Below, in pieces: positions 8,606 through 16,937 of a DNA stretch of 64,000 bases. Under the pieces are notes generated by a model, which was not told the origin of the DNA, did no database searches, and saw only the letters and a program-made list of their open reading frames with translations. Location: the NCBI GenBank assembly GCA_016197205.1, contig JACPWG010000194.1:52429-116428 (forward strand), given 5' to 3'. A program made the translations under genes and the position numbers. How positions within the stretch are numbered: the stretch's first letter is position 1; every line of letters begins with the position of its first letter. This DNA is from Planctomycetota bacterium. Lineage in GTDB: Bacteria > Planctomycetota > MHYJ01 > WSZJ01 > JACPWG01.

Positions 8606-10855
8606 TCACCGCCGCTCCCTCGGCGGTCGCTCGACCGGCGCGCCGCCGTCGCCGCCGCGCACGCCGAGAAAGCGCCGCATCGGCGAGGTCAGGAGCTTCA
8701 GCGGAACGACCGACGACCGCGGCTCCCCTAGGCTCCCCGTGATCTCCACTTCCAGGAGCTGTCCCTTCACGGTGTCCAGGATTTTCTGGGTGATCGGACC
8801 CAGGATCGGGATCCCCGAGGTCTCCCCGCCGAGCCGTGGCACCAGGTGCAACTCCAGGTCGTCGCCGTCCAGTCGGGAATAGCCGTCGCCGCAGCCGCTC
8901 AGCGCCGGACCGGACAGGAGCACCTCCTTGTAATGGATGCGCTGCCCTTCGAGCGCGAAGTCCACGCGCCCCTCCGTGACGCTCGTGTCCTTGTCCCCGG
9001 CGTTCTGCACCGCGCGCACGAAGGCCGAGATCACGGGGATCGGGTCCGCCTTGCCCCGGCTCAGCCACAAGTACCCTCCGCCTCCCAGCCCCGCCCCGGC
9101 CCTACCGCTCTGCGTGAGCCGGGCCCTCCCTTCGAGCTTCCCGAGCAGCCGCTGGTCGCGCAGCGGCGTCTCGGACGACAGGCGGTCCGCCCCGACGCCC
9201 GCGATTTCGACGGTGACTTCCGACCCAGCGCCCGCGCGGACGCCGACCGTGCCCGAAAGCGTAAGGCGCCCGCCCGCGACGCTCCCCTCGAGCCCCTCGA
9301 GCGAGAGGCCCGCGGGCCCGGAACGCGCCCGCCCCCGGAACTCTTCCACGCGGAGATGGGCCACCTCGCCGCCCCTGCACGGGATGCGCAGGTCCACCAT
9401 GCCGTCACGCACTTCCCATGTGCCTGCAATGGACGCCAGCGTGCCCGGCCAGGAGCGGAACAGGGTGTCCGCAGTGTCTGCACCGGCCGTCGCAACCGCG
9501 CCCCCGCCACCTCCTCCGGACGCGCCCCGGCTGCCCTTGGGCCGGCCGGGCGCACCCCCGAGGTCGCCGAGCGCGAGCGTGAAGCCGACCCCCTCGAGCA
9601 CAAGGCTCCCGAAGGCAGGCTCCGTTTCCGCCGTCGCGCCCGCCGTGACACGACGGCAGGCGATCCCGCGCAATCGGCCGTCCCACTCCGGCGCCGCCTC
9701 CCACGTGACCCCTTCGGCGTGCGTGTCGCCGCCCGATTCCCGCCGAACCGTCTCCGCGTAGCCGGCCCCTTCCGTCCGCCCGCCGGCCTCCAGCACCCGG
9801 ACGCCAAGGTCTCGCACGACCCAAGCCGGCGGCCCACCCGTCGGGCCCGCCGCCAGGGGAGGCGGTGGACCCGTCGAGCCGCCCTGCCCGGTTTCGCCCG
9901 AAGCGCCGCGCGCGGCGTCGGGCTGTACGACGGCGCGGACCCCCACCACCTCCCACTTCGCCATCGTGGGGCCTACCGGAAACGCGCGCCATCGCGCCGA
10001 GGCCACGGAGAGTTCCTTCACGTTCCGGAGCGCACTTTCCCCACCGGCCGCGTCGCCGGCCCCGGCTCCCGGCGCCCCGGAACCTGCGCGGCGCGGGTCG
10101 AATTTCGCTCGCACGAAGTCCGCCATCCATGCCTCTGGATCCGGCCGCTTCCAGGGGCCGGGATGGATCTCGGCCTCGACGGAATCGACTTCAAAGCTCG
10201 CCGCGCCTATCGCGCTGCGTTCCGCAAATTCGAAAGTCACCCCCTCCGCACGCAGCGCGACTCGGTCCCCCTCCGGCGGCTCCGTGCCGTACAACCCGAC
10301 CCCGGCGCGAAGGACCACCCGCGCAGCCGTCGCCCTGCGCAAGCCGCCGGGGCCGTCCCCGCCGGGGAATTCGAGCTCGAGCCCGTCGATCGCGGCCTCG
10401 CGGAGGTCACCGATGCGGAGCGTCCGCATCCGCGCCAGCATCGGCGGCCTTCCGTCCCGACCGCGCTCATGCCGCAACGTGACTCCTTGACCCACCACGA
10501 GGTGCACGTGCGCGGGGGTTTCCCCGCCCGGCCACCGATCGAGATAGGCGGTCGCCGCCTCCGCCCGGAGCTCGAGCTGGGCCATCGAGGGCCCCCAGTG
10601 CAGAACCACCGGCCCAGCCGCCACGCCGCTTCCGCCCACCAGGCCCGGTCGCTCAGCGCGCACCTCCTCCGCGTCCAGCTCCCCGCGGACAATGTCTTCA
10701 AGAGCCACCTGAAAAAGCACCGGCCAGGCGACCCACCCCGCCGCCCACAGGATCGCCGCGCCGGTGAGCAGGCGACGCAAACGGCGGCCGCCGCGGCGCC
10801 GAGCGGGCGCCGGCGCCGAGTCTGGGGGCGGCTTCGGTTCAAGGCTTGATGCCAT
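8606..10855 (-). CDS. AsmA-family outer-membrane assembly protein (N-terminal TM anchor, AsmA-like C-terminal domain)
   Basis: 750-aa ORF with an N-terminal hydrophobic segment (LLTGAAILWAAGWVAWPVLF). The C-terminus (LVPRLGGETSGIPILGPITQKILDTVKGQLLEVEITGSLGEPRSSVVPLK) resembles AsmA/TamB C-terminal motifs. ATG at 10855 preferred; alternative start at 10909. Confidence 0.55.
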   Translation of the reverse strand: MASSLEPKPPPDSAPAPARRRGGRRLRRLLTGAAILWAAGWVAWPVLFQVALEDIVRGELDAEEVRAERPGLVGGSGVAAGPVVLHWGPSMAQLELRAEAATAYLDRWPGGETPAHVHLVVGQGVTLRHERGRDGRPPMLARMRTLRIGDLREAAIDGLELEFPGGDGPGGLRRATAARVVLRAGVGLYGTEPPEGDRVALRAEGVTFEFAERSAIGAASFEVDSVEAEIHPGPWKRPDPEAWMADFVRAKFDPRRAGSGAPGAGAGDAAGGESALRNVKELSVASARWRAFPVGPTMAKWEVVGVRAVVQPDAARGASGETGQGGSTGPPPPLAAGPTGGPPAWVVRDLGVRVLEAGGRTEGAGYAETVRRESGGDTHAEGVTWEAAPEWDGRLRGIACRRVTAGATAETEPAFGSLVLEGVGFTLALGDLGGAPGRPKGSRGASGGGGGGAVATAGADTADTLFRSWPGTLASIAGTWEVRDGMVDLRIPCRGGEVAHLRVEEFRGRARSGPAGLSLEGLEGSVAGGRLTLSGTVGVRAGAGSEVTVEIAGVGADRLSSETPLRDQRLLGKLEGRARLTQSGRAGAGLGGGGYLWLSRGKADPIPVISAFVRAVQNAGDKDTSVTEGRVDFALEGQRIHYKEVLLSGPALSGCGDGYSRLDGDDLELHLVPRLGGETSGIPILGPITQKILDTVKGQLLEVEITGSLGEPRSSVVPLKLLTSPMRRFLGVRGGDGGAPVERPPRERR

Positions 10856-10896
10856 TTGTTTCTCCGCTTGCAGAACCCCTATTATCGGTTTCCGCG

Positions 10897-10925
10897 TTGC
10901 AAAGCTCAAGAGTCGAGGCTAAAAT
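10897..10925 (+). promoter_or_regulatory. Candidate sigma70 promoter TTGCAA-17 nt-TAAAAT for the methyltransferase gene
   Basis: ttGCAAagctcaagagtcgaggcTAAAATcg lies in the divergent intergenic region between the AsmA-like gene and 10992. Confidence 0.3.
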
Positions 10926-10991
10926 CGCCAAGGCCATCGGAGAAACGGTCGGAAAAAAACGGACACGCGCTCACGCGGAAGCCAAGGCAGC

Positions 10992-11768
10992 ATGAAAGAC
11001 ACCCCGCGGAACCCGGACCGTGTCACGCTGGAACCGGTCTTCCGTCGCTACGAAGCCGACCCCCTCTGGGGCTGCGAGCGCGTGCTCGGAAACCCCTACT
11101 ACCGTCGCGAGCTCGCCCTCCTGGCCCAGACCGCGGGGGAGCGGCCCATCGAGCACCTCCTGGACGTCGGCGCAGGTTTCGGCCGCGCGTCGTCGGCCCT
11201 GCTCGCAACGGCGCGACGCGTCCTGCTCCTGGACGGTTCGCTTCGCATGTTGCGGCAGAGCCCCGGCGACCGGGACGCGCCGGCGCGCCGGCTGCGGGTC
11301 CGCGGCGACATCTCCCGCGCGTGGCCCGTCCGCCCCGAGGCCTTCGATCTCGCCGTAGGGCTGCAGATCCTCAACCACATGCCGGACCTCACGGCCTTTT
11401 TCGCGGAGCTCCGGCGCGCACTCGTCCCTGGTGGGCGCGCGATCCTTTCCTTCGGAAACGCGCGCTCCTGGATCGAGGCCAAGGAGCGTCTGCGCGAAGG
11501 CCTCGGACGCCTGGTCCGCGGGAGAAATCCCTTCTCGCCCTTCCTTGCCTCGGTCGAGGAGCGAATCCGCGTGCACGGCTTCTGTCGCCACTCGCCCGCG
11601 ACCGTCTTCGCCGCCTGTCGCGCGGCCGGCCTGTCCGTTCGGATCGCCGGCGCCGCCGGCCTTGCAAGCCCGGTCCGCAGGCTCGCAGGCCTCGATCGCC
11701 TGACTCGCTTTCCACTCTTCCGGGGGCTCAGCCATCTCGTTCTCATCGAATGCGCGAAACCGGGGTAG
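10992..11768 (+). CDS. Class I SAM-dependent methyltransferase
   Basis: Motif I LLDVGAGFGR is followed by LLLDGS..ML and a post-I acidic loop. Fits the Methyltransf_11/25-like fold. Confidence 0.8.
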   Translation: MKDTPRNPDRVTLEPVFRRYEADPLWGCERVLGNPYYRRELALLAQTAGERPIEHLLDVGAGFGRASSALLATARRVLLLDGSLRMLRQSPGDRDAPARRLRVRGDISRAWPVRPEAFDLAVGLQILNHMPDLTAFFAELRRALVPGGRAILSFGNARSWIEAKERLREGLGRLVRGRNPFSPFLASVEERIRVHGFCRHSPATVFAACRAAGLSVRIAGAAGLASPVRRLAGLDRLTRFPLFRGLSHLVLIECAKPG

Positions 11769-11865
11769 CCGGCGTGGACCGCGGCCCGCGGTCGCGTGCG
11801 CGGTCTGCCTGCTCCTCGTCGCCGCCCCTCTCGGCTTTCGCCTCGTTCGGCCGGAACCTCCCTCC

Positions 11866-13080
11866 GTGCACGTGGGGGGCGACGCCTCTTACGACGGCCG
11901 GTTCAAACAGGACCCCCGCTTTCTCGCGCTCCTCGCAGCCGCCCCCGCCGCGCGCGCCCGTGCGATCGCCGTCGTGAACCGGCGCCTCGCCCTGGGCTAC
12001 GCCGACGACGGCGAAATCCTTCTCCGGTTCCGCGACGCGCTCGACCTTTCGCAGCGCCGCCTCCGCCTCGTGCCCGGCGACCCGTTCGTCACCGCCGAGG
12101 AAACCGGACCCGCGGGTCCGCGCGTGCACATTACGGCCGGCGTGGAGGCGCTCGTCTCCGGCGCGGCCGACCTCCAGGTCGAGCTGGTGCATGAGCTGAC
12201 CCACGCGATCTTCCTCGTCCGCATGGGGGGGGCGTTCGCCCGGCTGCCGGCTTGGCTGCGTGAAGGGATCGCGCTCTGGGCCGCCGGCCAGGGACCCGCG
12301 CGGGTCCGGTACTACCTGGCGAAGCGCGAATTCTTCGACGAGCCCGCGCTGCTTGTCAACGGCCTCGATGGACCCCATGGCCTCCGGGACTACCCCGAAG
12401 ACTTCCTTGCCTTCGACTACCTGGAGTCGCGAGGCGGGGAGCAGGCCGTGCAGCGCCTTGCGGCGTCGCTCGCCGCGCGACGGCCCTGGGAGGAGGCCTT
12501 GTTGGAGGCGGCGGGGGAGGAGTGGCCGAATTTTCGCACCGCCGCTCGAGCGTATGCGGTCTCGGCCCTCGGTCGACTCGCGGACCCTGGCCTCGCCGAC
12601 TACCGCCTCCTCGTGAAAGCCGCCGACGCGCTTCCGCTCCCGGAGGCCGCCGCGCGCGTCGAGGCCCTCGCGGCCGGCTTCGAAAAAATGCACCCGGGTT
12701 CGGCCCACGCGCGGTCCGCGTCCTACTTTCGCGGCAAGGCGCTGCGCGCCCTCGATCGTGCAGCGGACGCGCTGGTTGCCTTCGAGCGCGTGCTCGGACC
12801 GGGCGAGGGCGGGGCCTGCGGCTTTGAAGACGAGGCGCATTTCCAGCTCGGGGAAATGGAGGAGGAGGCCGGCCGCTGGGTCCAAGCCTCCGCATGCTTC
12901 GCCCGCGTCGCGAACGAATATCCGGGGAGTCGGGTGCTCGGCCCGGCGCTGTATCGGTGGGGACTGGCCCTGCACAAGGCACGTCGTTTCGCCGCCGCGC
13001 GCGAAGTGCTGGAACACGCGCTCGCCTCCTTCCCCGAGGACCCGCTCTCCCGCGATGCGCGGATCGCCATCCGGAGGTAG
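11866..13080 (+). CDS. Putative secreted zinc metallopeptidase (HExxH) with C-terminal TPR-like repeats; N-terminus unresolved
   Basis: VELVHELTHAIFLV contains HELTH (HExxH). C-terminal helical repeats follow (AHFQLGEMEEEAGRWVQASACFARVANEYPGSRVLGPALYRWGLALHKARRFAAAREVLEHALASFP). In frame upstream of the GTG at 11866 there is a signal-peptide-like stretch (VCLLLVAAPLGF) with no ATG/GTG/TTG. Confidence 0.55.
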   Translation: MHVGGDASYDGRFKQDPRFLALLAAAPAARARAIAVVNRRLALGYADDGEILLRFRDALDLSQRRLRLVPGDPFVTAEETGPAGPRVHITAGVEALVSGAADLQVELVHELTHAIFLVRMGGAFARLPAWLREGIALWAAGQGPARVRYYLAKREFFDEPALLVNGLDGPHGLRDYPEDFLAFDYLESRGGEQAVQRLAASLAARRPWEEALLEAAGEEWPNFRTAARAYAVSALGRLADPGLADYRLLVKAADALPLPEAAARVEALAAGFEKMHPGSAHARSASYFRGKALRALDRAADALVAFERVLGPGEGGACGFEDEAHFQLGEMEEEAGRWVQASACFARVANEYPGSRVLGPALYRWGLALHKARRFAAAREVLEHALASFPEDPLSRDARIAIRR

Positions 13081-13126
13081 CCGCCGAGTCAAAGCGAAGC
13101 TCCGGGTGATCAGCCCCCGAAATCGG

Positions 13127-13154
13127 TTGACTTCCCACCCCCCCCTGCTAAAAT
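13127..13154 (+). promoter_or_regulatory. sigma70-like promoter TTGACT-16 nt-TAAAAT upstream of rpsB, implying a ~200-nt leader
   Basis: ggTTGACTtcccacccccccctgcTAAAATacc. Confidence 0.45.
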
Positions 13155-13358
13155 ACCCCGACTTTTCGCCTCCCCTGGACGAGGCGTTTTCCGCTCGAAC
13201 GGAGGTCGGGGGCCGGCTCCCCGGGACGCGTCGTCCCGAACCGACCGATGAGCGCCGCCGCGACGCCAGTCCGCGTCGCCTTCCCGTGCGCGCCTCCTTC
13301 CGAGCGCATCCCACCCCGGGATCTCCCCCGCTCCCGGCGACAATGGAAGGAGCGCTCC

Positions 13359-14309
13359 ATGGCCATCGTTTCCATCAAGGACCTCGTCGGGTCCGGGGTC
13401 CACTTCGGGCACCGCGTCAGCCGGTGGAACCCGAAGATGAAGCCCTACATCTTCGGCAAGCGGAACCTCATCCACATCATCGACCTCAAGGCCACGGTCC
13501 GCGGCCTCGTCGCGGCGTGCAACTTCGTCAAGAGGGTCGCCGCCCGCGGGGGCATGATCCTCTTCGTGGGCACCAAGCGCCAGGCCAAGAACGTCGTCGA
13601 GGCGGAGGCCAAGCGCTGTAACATGCCCTACGCCAACGAGCGCTGGATCGGCGGCACGCTCACCAACTACAAGACCATTCACGCCCGGCTCCAGCGCCTG
13701 CTTCAGCTTGAGGCGATGCAGACCGACGGGACGCTCGAGCGCTACGGCAAGAAGGAGCGGTCGCAGCTCCTGCGCGAATTGCGCAAGCTGAAGCGCAACC
13801 TCGACGGCATCCGGACCATGGACAAGCTGCCCGCCGCGATGTTCATCGTCGACGTCAAGCGGGAGAAAAACGCGCTCCAGGAAGCCCGCAAGATGGGCGT
13901 GCCCACGATCGCGCTCATCGACACCGACGGCGATCCGGACCTCGTGGACATCCGGATCCCCGGCAACGACGACGCGATGCGCGTGATCCAGATCGTGTCG
14001 GGCAAGATGGCCGAGGCCATCACCGAGGGGAGGAAGGACTACGTGCCGCCGCCGGAGAGGCCGGTGGAGGCCGTCAGTTTCGGACGGGACATGGGCCGCC
14101 GCGGCGGTCGCGATACCGGCCGTCGCCCCGGAGGCGGGCCCCGGCGCGAGGAGCGCGGACCGTCCTCGGCTCCCGCTTCCGCCCCCGCGCCGGCCCCGTC
14201 CGCCCCCGCCGCGCCGGCCGCGCCCCCGGCTGCCGGTGGCACGAACCCGTCGGCGCCGCCCCCCGCGGCGGGCGGCGCTCCGCAGGCACCGCCTCCGGCG
14301 ACCCCGTAA
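13359..14309 (+). CDS. rpsB: 30S ribosomal protein S2 with a long Ala/Pro-rich C-terminal tail
   Basis: MAIVSIKDLVGSGVHFGHRVSRWNPKMKPYIFGKRNLIHIIDL...FVGTKRQA. GGAAGGAG Shine-Dalgarno sequence 6 nt upstream of the ATG at 13359. Confidence 0.95.
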   Translation: MAIVSIKDLVGSGVHFGHRVSRWNPKMKPYIFGKRNLIHIIDLKATVRGLVAACNFVKRVAARGGMILFVGTKRQAKNVVEAEAKRCNMPYANERWIGGTLTNYKTIHARLQRLLQLEAMQTDGTLERYGKKERSQLLRELRKLKRNLDGIRTMDKLPAAMFIVDVKREKNALQEARKMGVPTIALIDTDGDPDLVDIRIPGNDDAMRVIQIVSGKMAEAITEGRKDYVPPPERPVEAVSFGRDMGRRGGRDTGRRPGGGPRREERGPSSAPASAPAPAPSAPAAPAAPPAAGGTNPSAPPPAAGGAPQAPPPATP

Positions 14310-14478
14310 CGCCGCCCAGGCCCACGGCCTTCCCCTCGCTGCCGCCGCCCGTGCCTGGGCGCGGCGGGACGGCCCTGTCCGTGCCCCGGCTGGGCCCTCC
14401 CCCCCGGGACGCGCGGCGCCACGTCCTCTCTCTGTGAACTCGAGCGGACTCCACGGGGGTCCGAGGAAGGAAAAGGAA

Positions 14479-15099
14479 ATGCCCATCGACGCGAAACTGG
14501 TGATGAAGCTGCGGGAAGCGACCGGCGCCCCCGTCATGGAATGCCGCGCCGCCCTCGAGGCGTGCGACAGCGACCTGACCAAGGCCGCCGAGTGGCTGAA
14601 GAAGCGCGGCATCGAGAAGGCCGGCGAGAAGTCCGCTCGCGAGACCAAGCAGGGCAAGATCGGCGTCTACGTCCATGGCGCGGACAAGACCGCCGCCTTC
14701 CCGGCCGGCAAGGGCGCCGCCATGGTCGACCTCCGCTGCGAAACCGATTTCGTCGCGAAGAACCCCGAATTCGACGAGCTGCTCCGCGACCTCTGCCTCC
14801 AGGTGTACGCGATGGACCCCACCTGGGTGAGCCGCGAGGACATCCCGGCGGCGGCGCTGCAGGCGGAGAAGGACAAGGCGGCCGCCGAGGTCAAGGGGAA
14901 GCCGCCCGAGATCGTGGCGAAGATCGTCGAGGGCAAGCTGGAGAAGAACTTCTTCGCCGCCAAGTGCCTCCTCGATCAGAATTTCGTGAAGGACGCGGAG
15001 GGCAAGACCAAGGTCGCGGATCTGGTGAAGGCGAAAATCGCGAAGTTCAAGGAGAACATCACCGTTCGTCGGTTCACCAAGTTCGAGATCGGCTCGTAG
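14479..15099 (+). CDS. tsf: Elongation factor Ts (short form)
   Basis: MPIDAKLVMKLREATGAPVMECRAALEACDSDLTKAAEWLKKRGIEKAGEK...GKIGVYVHGADKTAA. AGGAAGG RBS upstream. Confidence 0.95.
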   Translation: MPIDAKLVMKLREATGAPVMECRAALEACDSDLTKAAEWLKKRGIEKAGEKSARETKQGKIGVYVHGADKTAAFPAGKGAAMVDLRCETDFVAKNPEFDELLRDLCLQVYAMDPTWVSREDIPAAALQAEKDKAAAEVKGKPPEIVAKIVEGKLEKNFFAAKCLLDQNFVKDAEGKTKVADLVKAKIAKFKENITVRRFTKFEIGS

Positions 15100-15115
15100 A
15101 CGGCGGTAGGGCGGC

Positions 15116-15829
15116 ATGGCCTCTCAAAAGCTCCGGCGGGTCCTCCTCAAGATCAGCGGGGAGGGCTTTTGCAAGGTGGCCGACCGCGGCATTGACATCG
15201 CCGAGGTGAGCGCGGTCGCCGACGAGATCGTCTCCGCCCACGAGCTGCGGGTCCAGTTGGCGGTCGTGGTCGGGGGGGGCAACATCGTTCGCGGCGCCGA
15301 ACTCTCCGAACAGGGCGTCGACCAGGCAACCGGCGATTACATGGGCATGCTGGCCACCGTCGTGAATGCCCTCGCCCTGCAGGACCTGCTGGAGCGGCGC
15401 GGCGTGCCGACGCGCGTCCTGACCGCGATCCCCATGCAGTCCGTCGCGGAGCCGTTCATCCGGCGACGCGGGATCCGCCACCTCGAAAAGGGCCGGATCG
15501 TCATCCTCGCCGCGGGGACCGGAAACCCGCACTTCACCACCGATACCGCGGCCGCGCTCCGCGCGACCGAGCTCCACGCGGACGCGCTGCTCAAGGCGAC
15601 CAAGGTCGACGGCGTGTACACCGCCGATCCGAAAAAGGACCCGACCGCGAAGAAGTACGATTCCCTTTCCTACATGGAAGTCCTGAACAACCACCTGCGG
15701 GTGATGGACTCCACCGCCATCTCGATGTGCATGGAGAACCGGATCCCGATCATCGTTTTCAACCTCAAGAAGAAGGGGAACATCGTCCGGGCCATCCGCG
15801 GGAAACAGATCGGGACACGCATCCAGTAG
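15116..15829 (+). CDS. pyrH: UMP kinase
   Basis: [11 protein letters not shown]...[11 protein letters not shown]...[17 protein letters not shown]...[21 protein letters not shown]. Confidence 0.95.
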   Translation: MASQKLRRVLLKISGEGFCKVADRGIDIAEVSAVADEIVSAHELRVQLAVVVGGGNIVRGAELSEQGVDQATGDYMGMLATVVNALALQDLLERRGVPTRVLTAIPMQSVAEPFIRRRGIRHLEKGRIVILAAGTGNPHFTTDTAAALRATELHADALLKATKVDGVYTADPKKDPTAKKYDSLSYMEVLNNHLRVMDSTAISMCMENRIPIIVFNLKKKGNIVRAIRGKQIGTRIQ

Positions 15830-15846
15830 CCGATCGGAGGTCGAAC

Positions 15847-16407
15847 ATGCCCTACGACGACATTTTTCTCGAAGCCCAGGACCGGATGGAAAAGGCCATC
15901 GAGGTGATGGTCAACGAGTTCAAGGGCATCCGCACGGGCCGCGCCACGCCCGGCCTCGTGGAGAACATCCGCGTGGAGGCCTACGGCGCCCCCATGACCC
16001 TCAAGTCGCTCGCGACCATCTCGGTCCCGGACGCCCGCATGATCCTCGTGAAGCCCTTTGATCCGAGCACGCTCTCCGCGATCGAAAAGGCGATCCAGAA
16101 GTCCGACGTCGGCCTGAATCCGTCGAGCGACGGCAAGGTCCTGCGCCTCGCCGTGCCGCCCCTCTCCGAGGACCGGCGCAAGCAGCTCGTCAAGGGCGTG
16201 AAGGAGATCGCCGAAAAGGCCAAGGTCGCCGTCCGGAACGTGCGCCGCGACTCGAACAAGCAGGCGGAGGAGGAGAAGAAGGACAGCGCCCTCACCGAGG
16301 ACGAGGCCTTCAAGCTCAAGGAAGAGATCCAGAAGTCGACCGAGGAGAGCGAGAAGAAGATCGAGGACCTCCTCCAGCGGAAGTCGAAGGAGATCCTGGA
16401 AGTCTAG
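15847..16407 (+). CDS. frr: Ribosome recycling factor
   Basis: MPYDDIFLEAQDRMEKAIEVMVNEFKGIRTGRATPGLVENIRVEAYGAPMTLKSLATISVPDARMILVKPFDPS. Confidence 0.95.
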   Translation: MPYDDIFLEAQDRMEKAIEVMVNEFKGIRTGRATPGLVENIRVEAYGAPMTLKSLATISVPDARMILVKPFDPSTLSAIEKAIQKSDVGLNPSSDGKVLRLAVPPLSEDRRKQLVKGVKEIAEKAKVAVRNVRRDSNKQAEEEKKDSALTEDEAFKLKEEIQKSTEESEKKIEDLLQRKSKEILEV

Positions 16408-16937
16408 GCCCGGGGGCGGGGAAGGGGAGGGGGGCGGGGCGATGCGGGTCGGAGACGGCTCGCGCTACGCATGCTTCGCACCCTGCCTGCCGGCATCCCG
16501 CTATCCTACGGCGGCCATCCCCTTCTCGGCGGCACGAACGAGCCTCAACCCACCAAAGGTCCTCTGCGCCTCTGCGCCTCCGTAGTGAAAAAAGTCAACA
16601 ACCCGAACTGAGGCTAAACTCGACCGACGGCGGCAAATGGCTAGATCATGGCTCCGCCTCCCAGCTAGACGCAGGCGAAATTTGAGATTTGCAATTTGAC
16701 TTTTTGCAATTTGAAATTCGACCCGGCTGCGTGGGGCGAACGCGAGACTTTTACACAGAGACGCGGAGACGCAGAGGCCGGACGCTGAGTCTACCGTCCT
16801 CTACCGGCGATGATCTCTGGCAACGCACGGAGAGATTGGTTTTAGCTTCACTTCGGCTTGTTGAAAAAACCGTTCACTCCCTCTCGCCGTCACCCCACTT
16901 CTCTACCGTCTCCTCCCGACCCACCCCTCACCTCGCT
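16408..16937. repeat. 530-bp convergent intergenic region containing an inverted pair of the dispersed CTCTGCG motif and AT-rich caatttgaaatttga repeats
   Basis: cctctgcgcctctgcgcctcc at ~16560 and its inverted copy acagagacgcggagacgcagagg at ~16728 flank gcaatttgactttttgcaatttgaaattcga. No ORF in any frame has protein-like composition. Confidence 0.4.
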
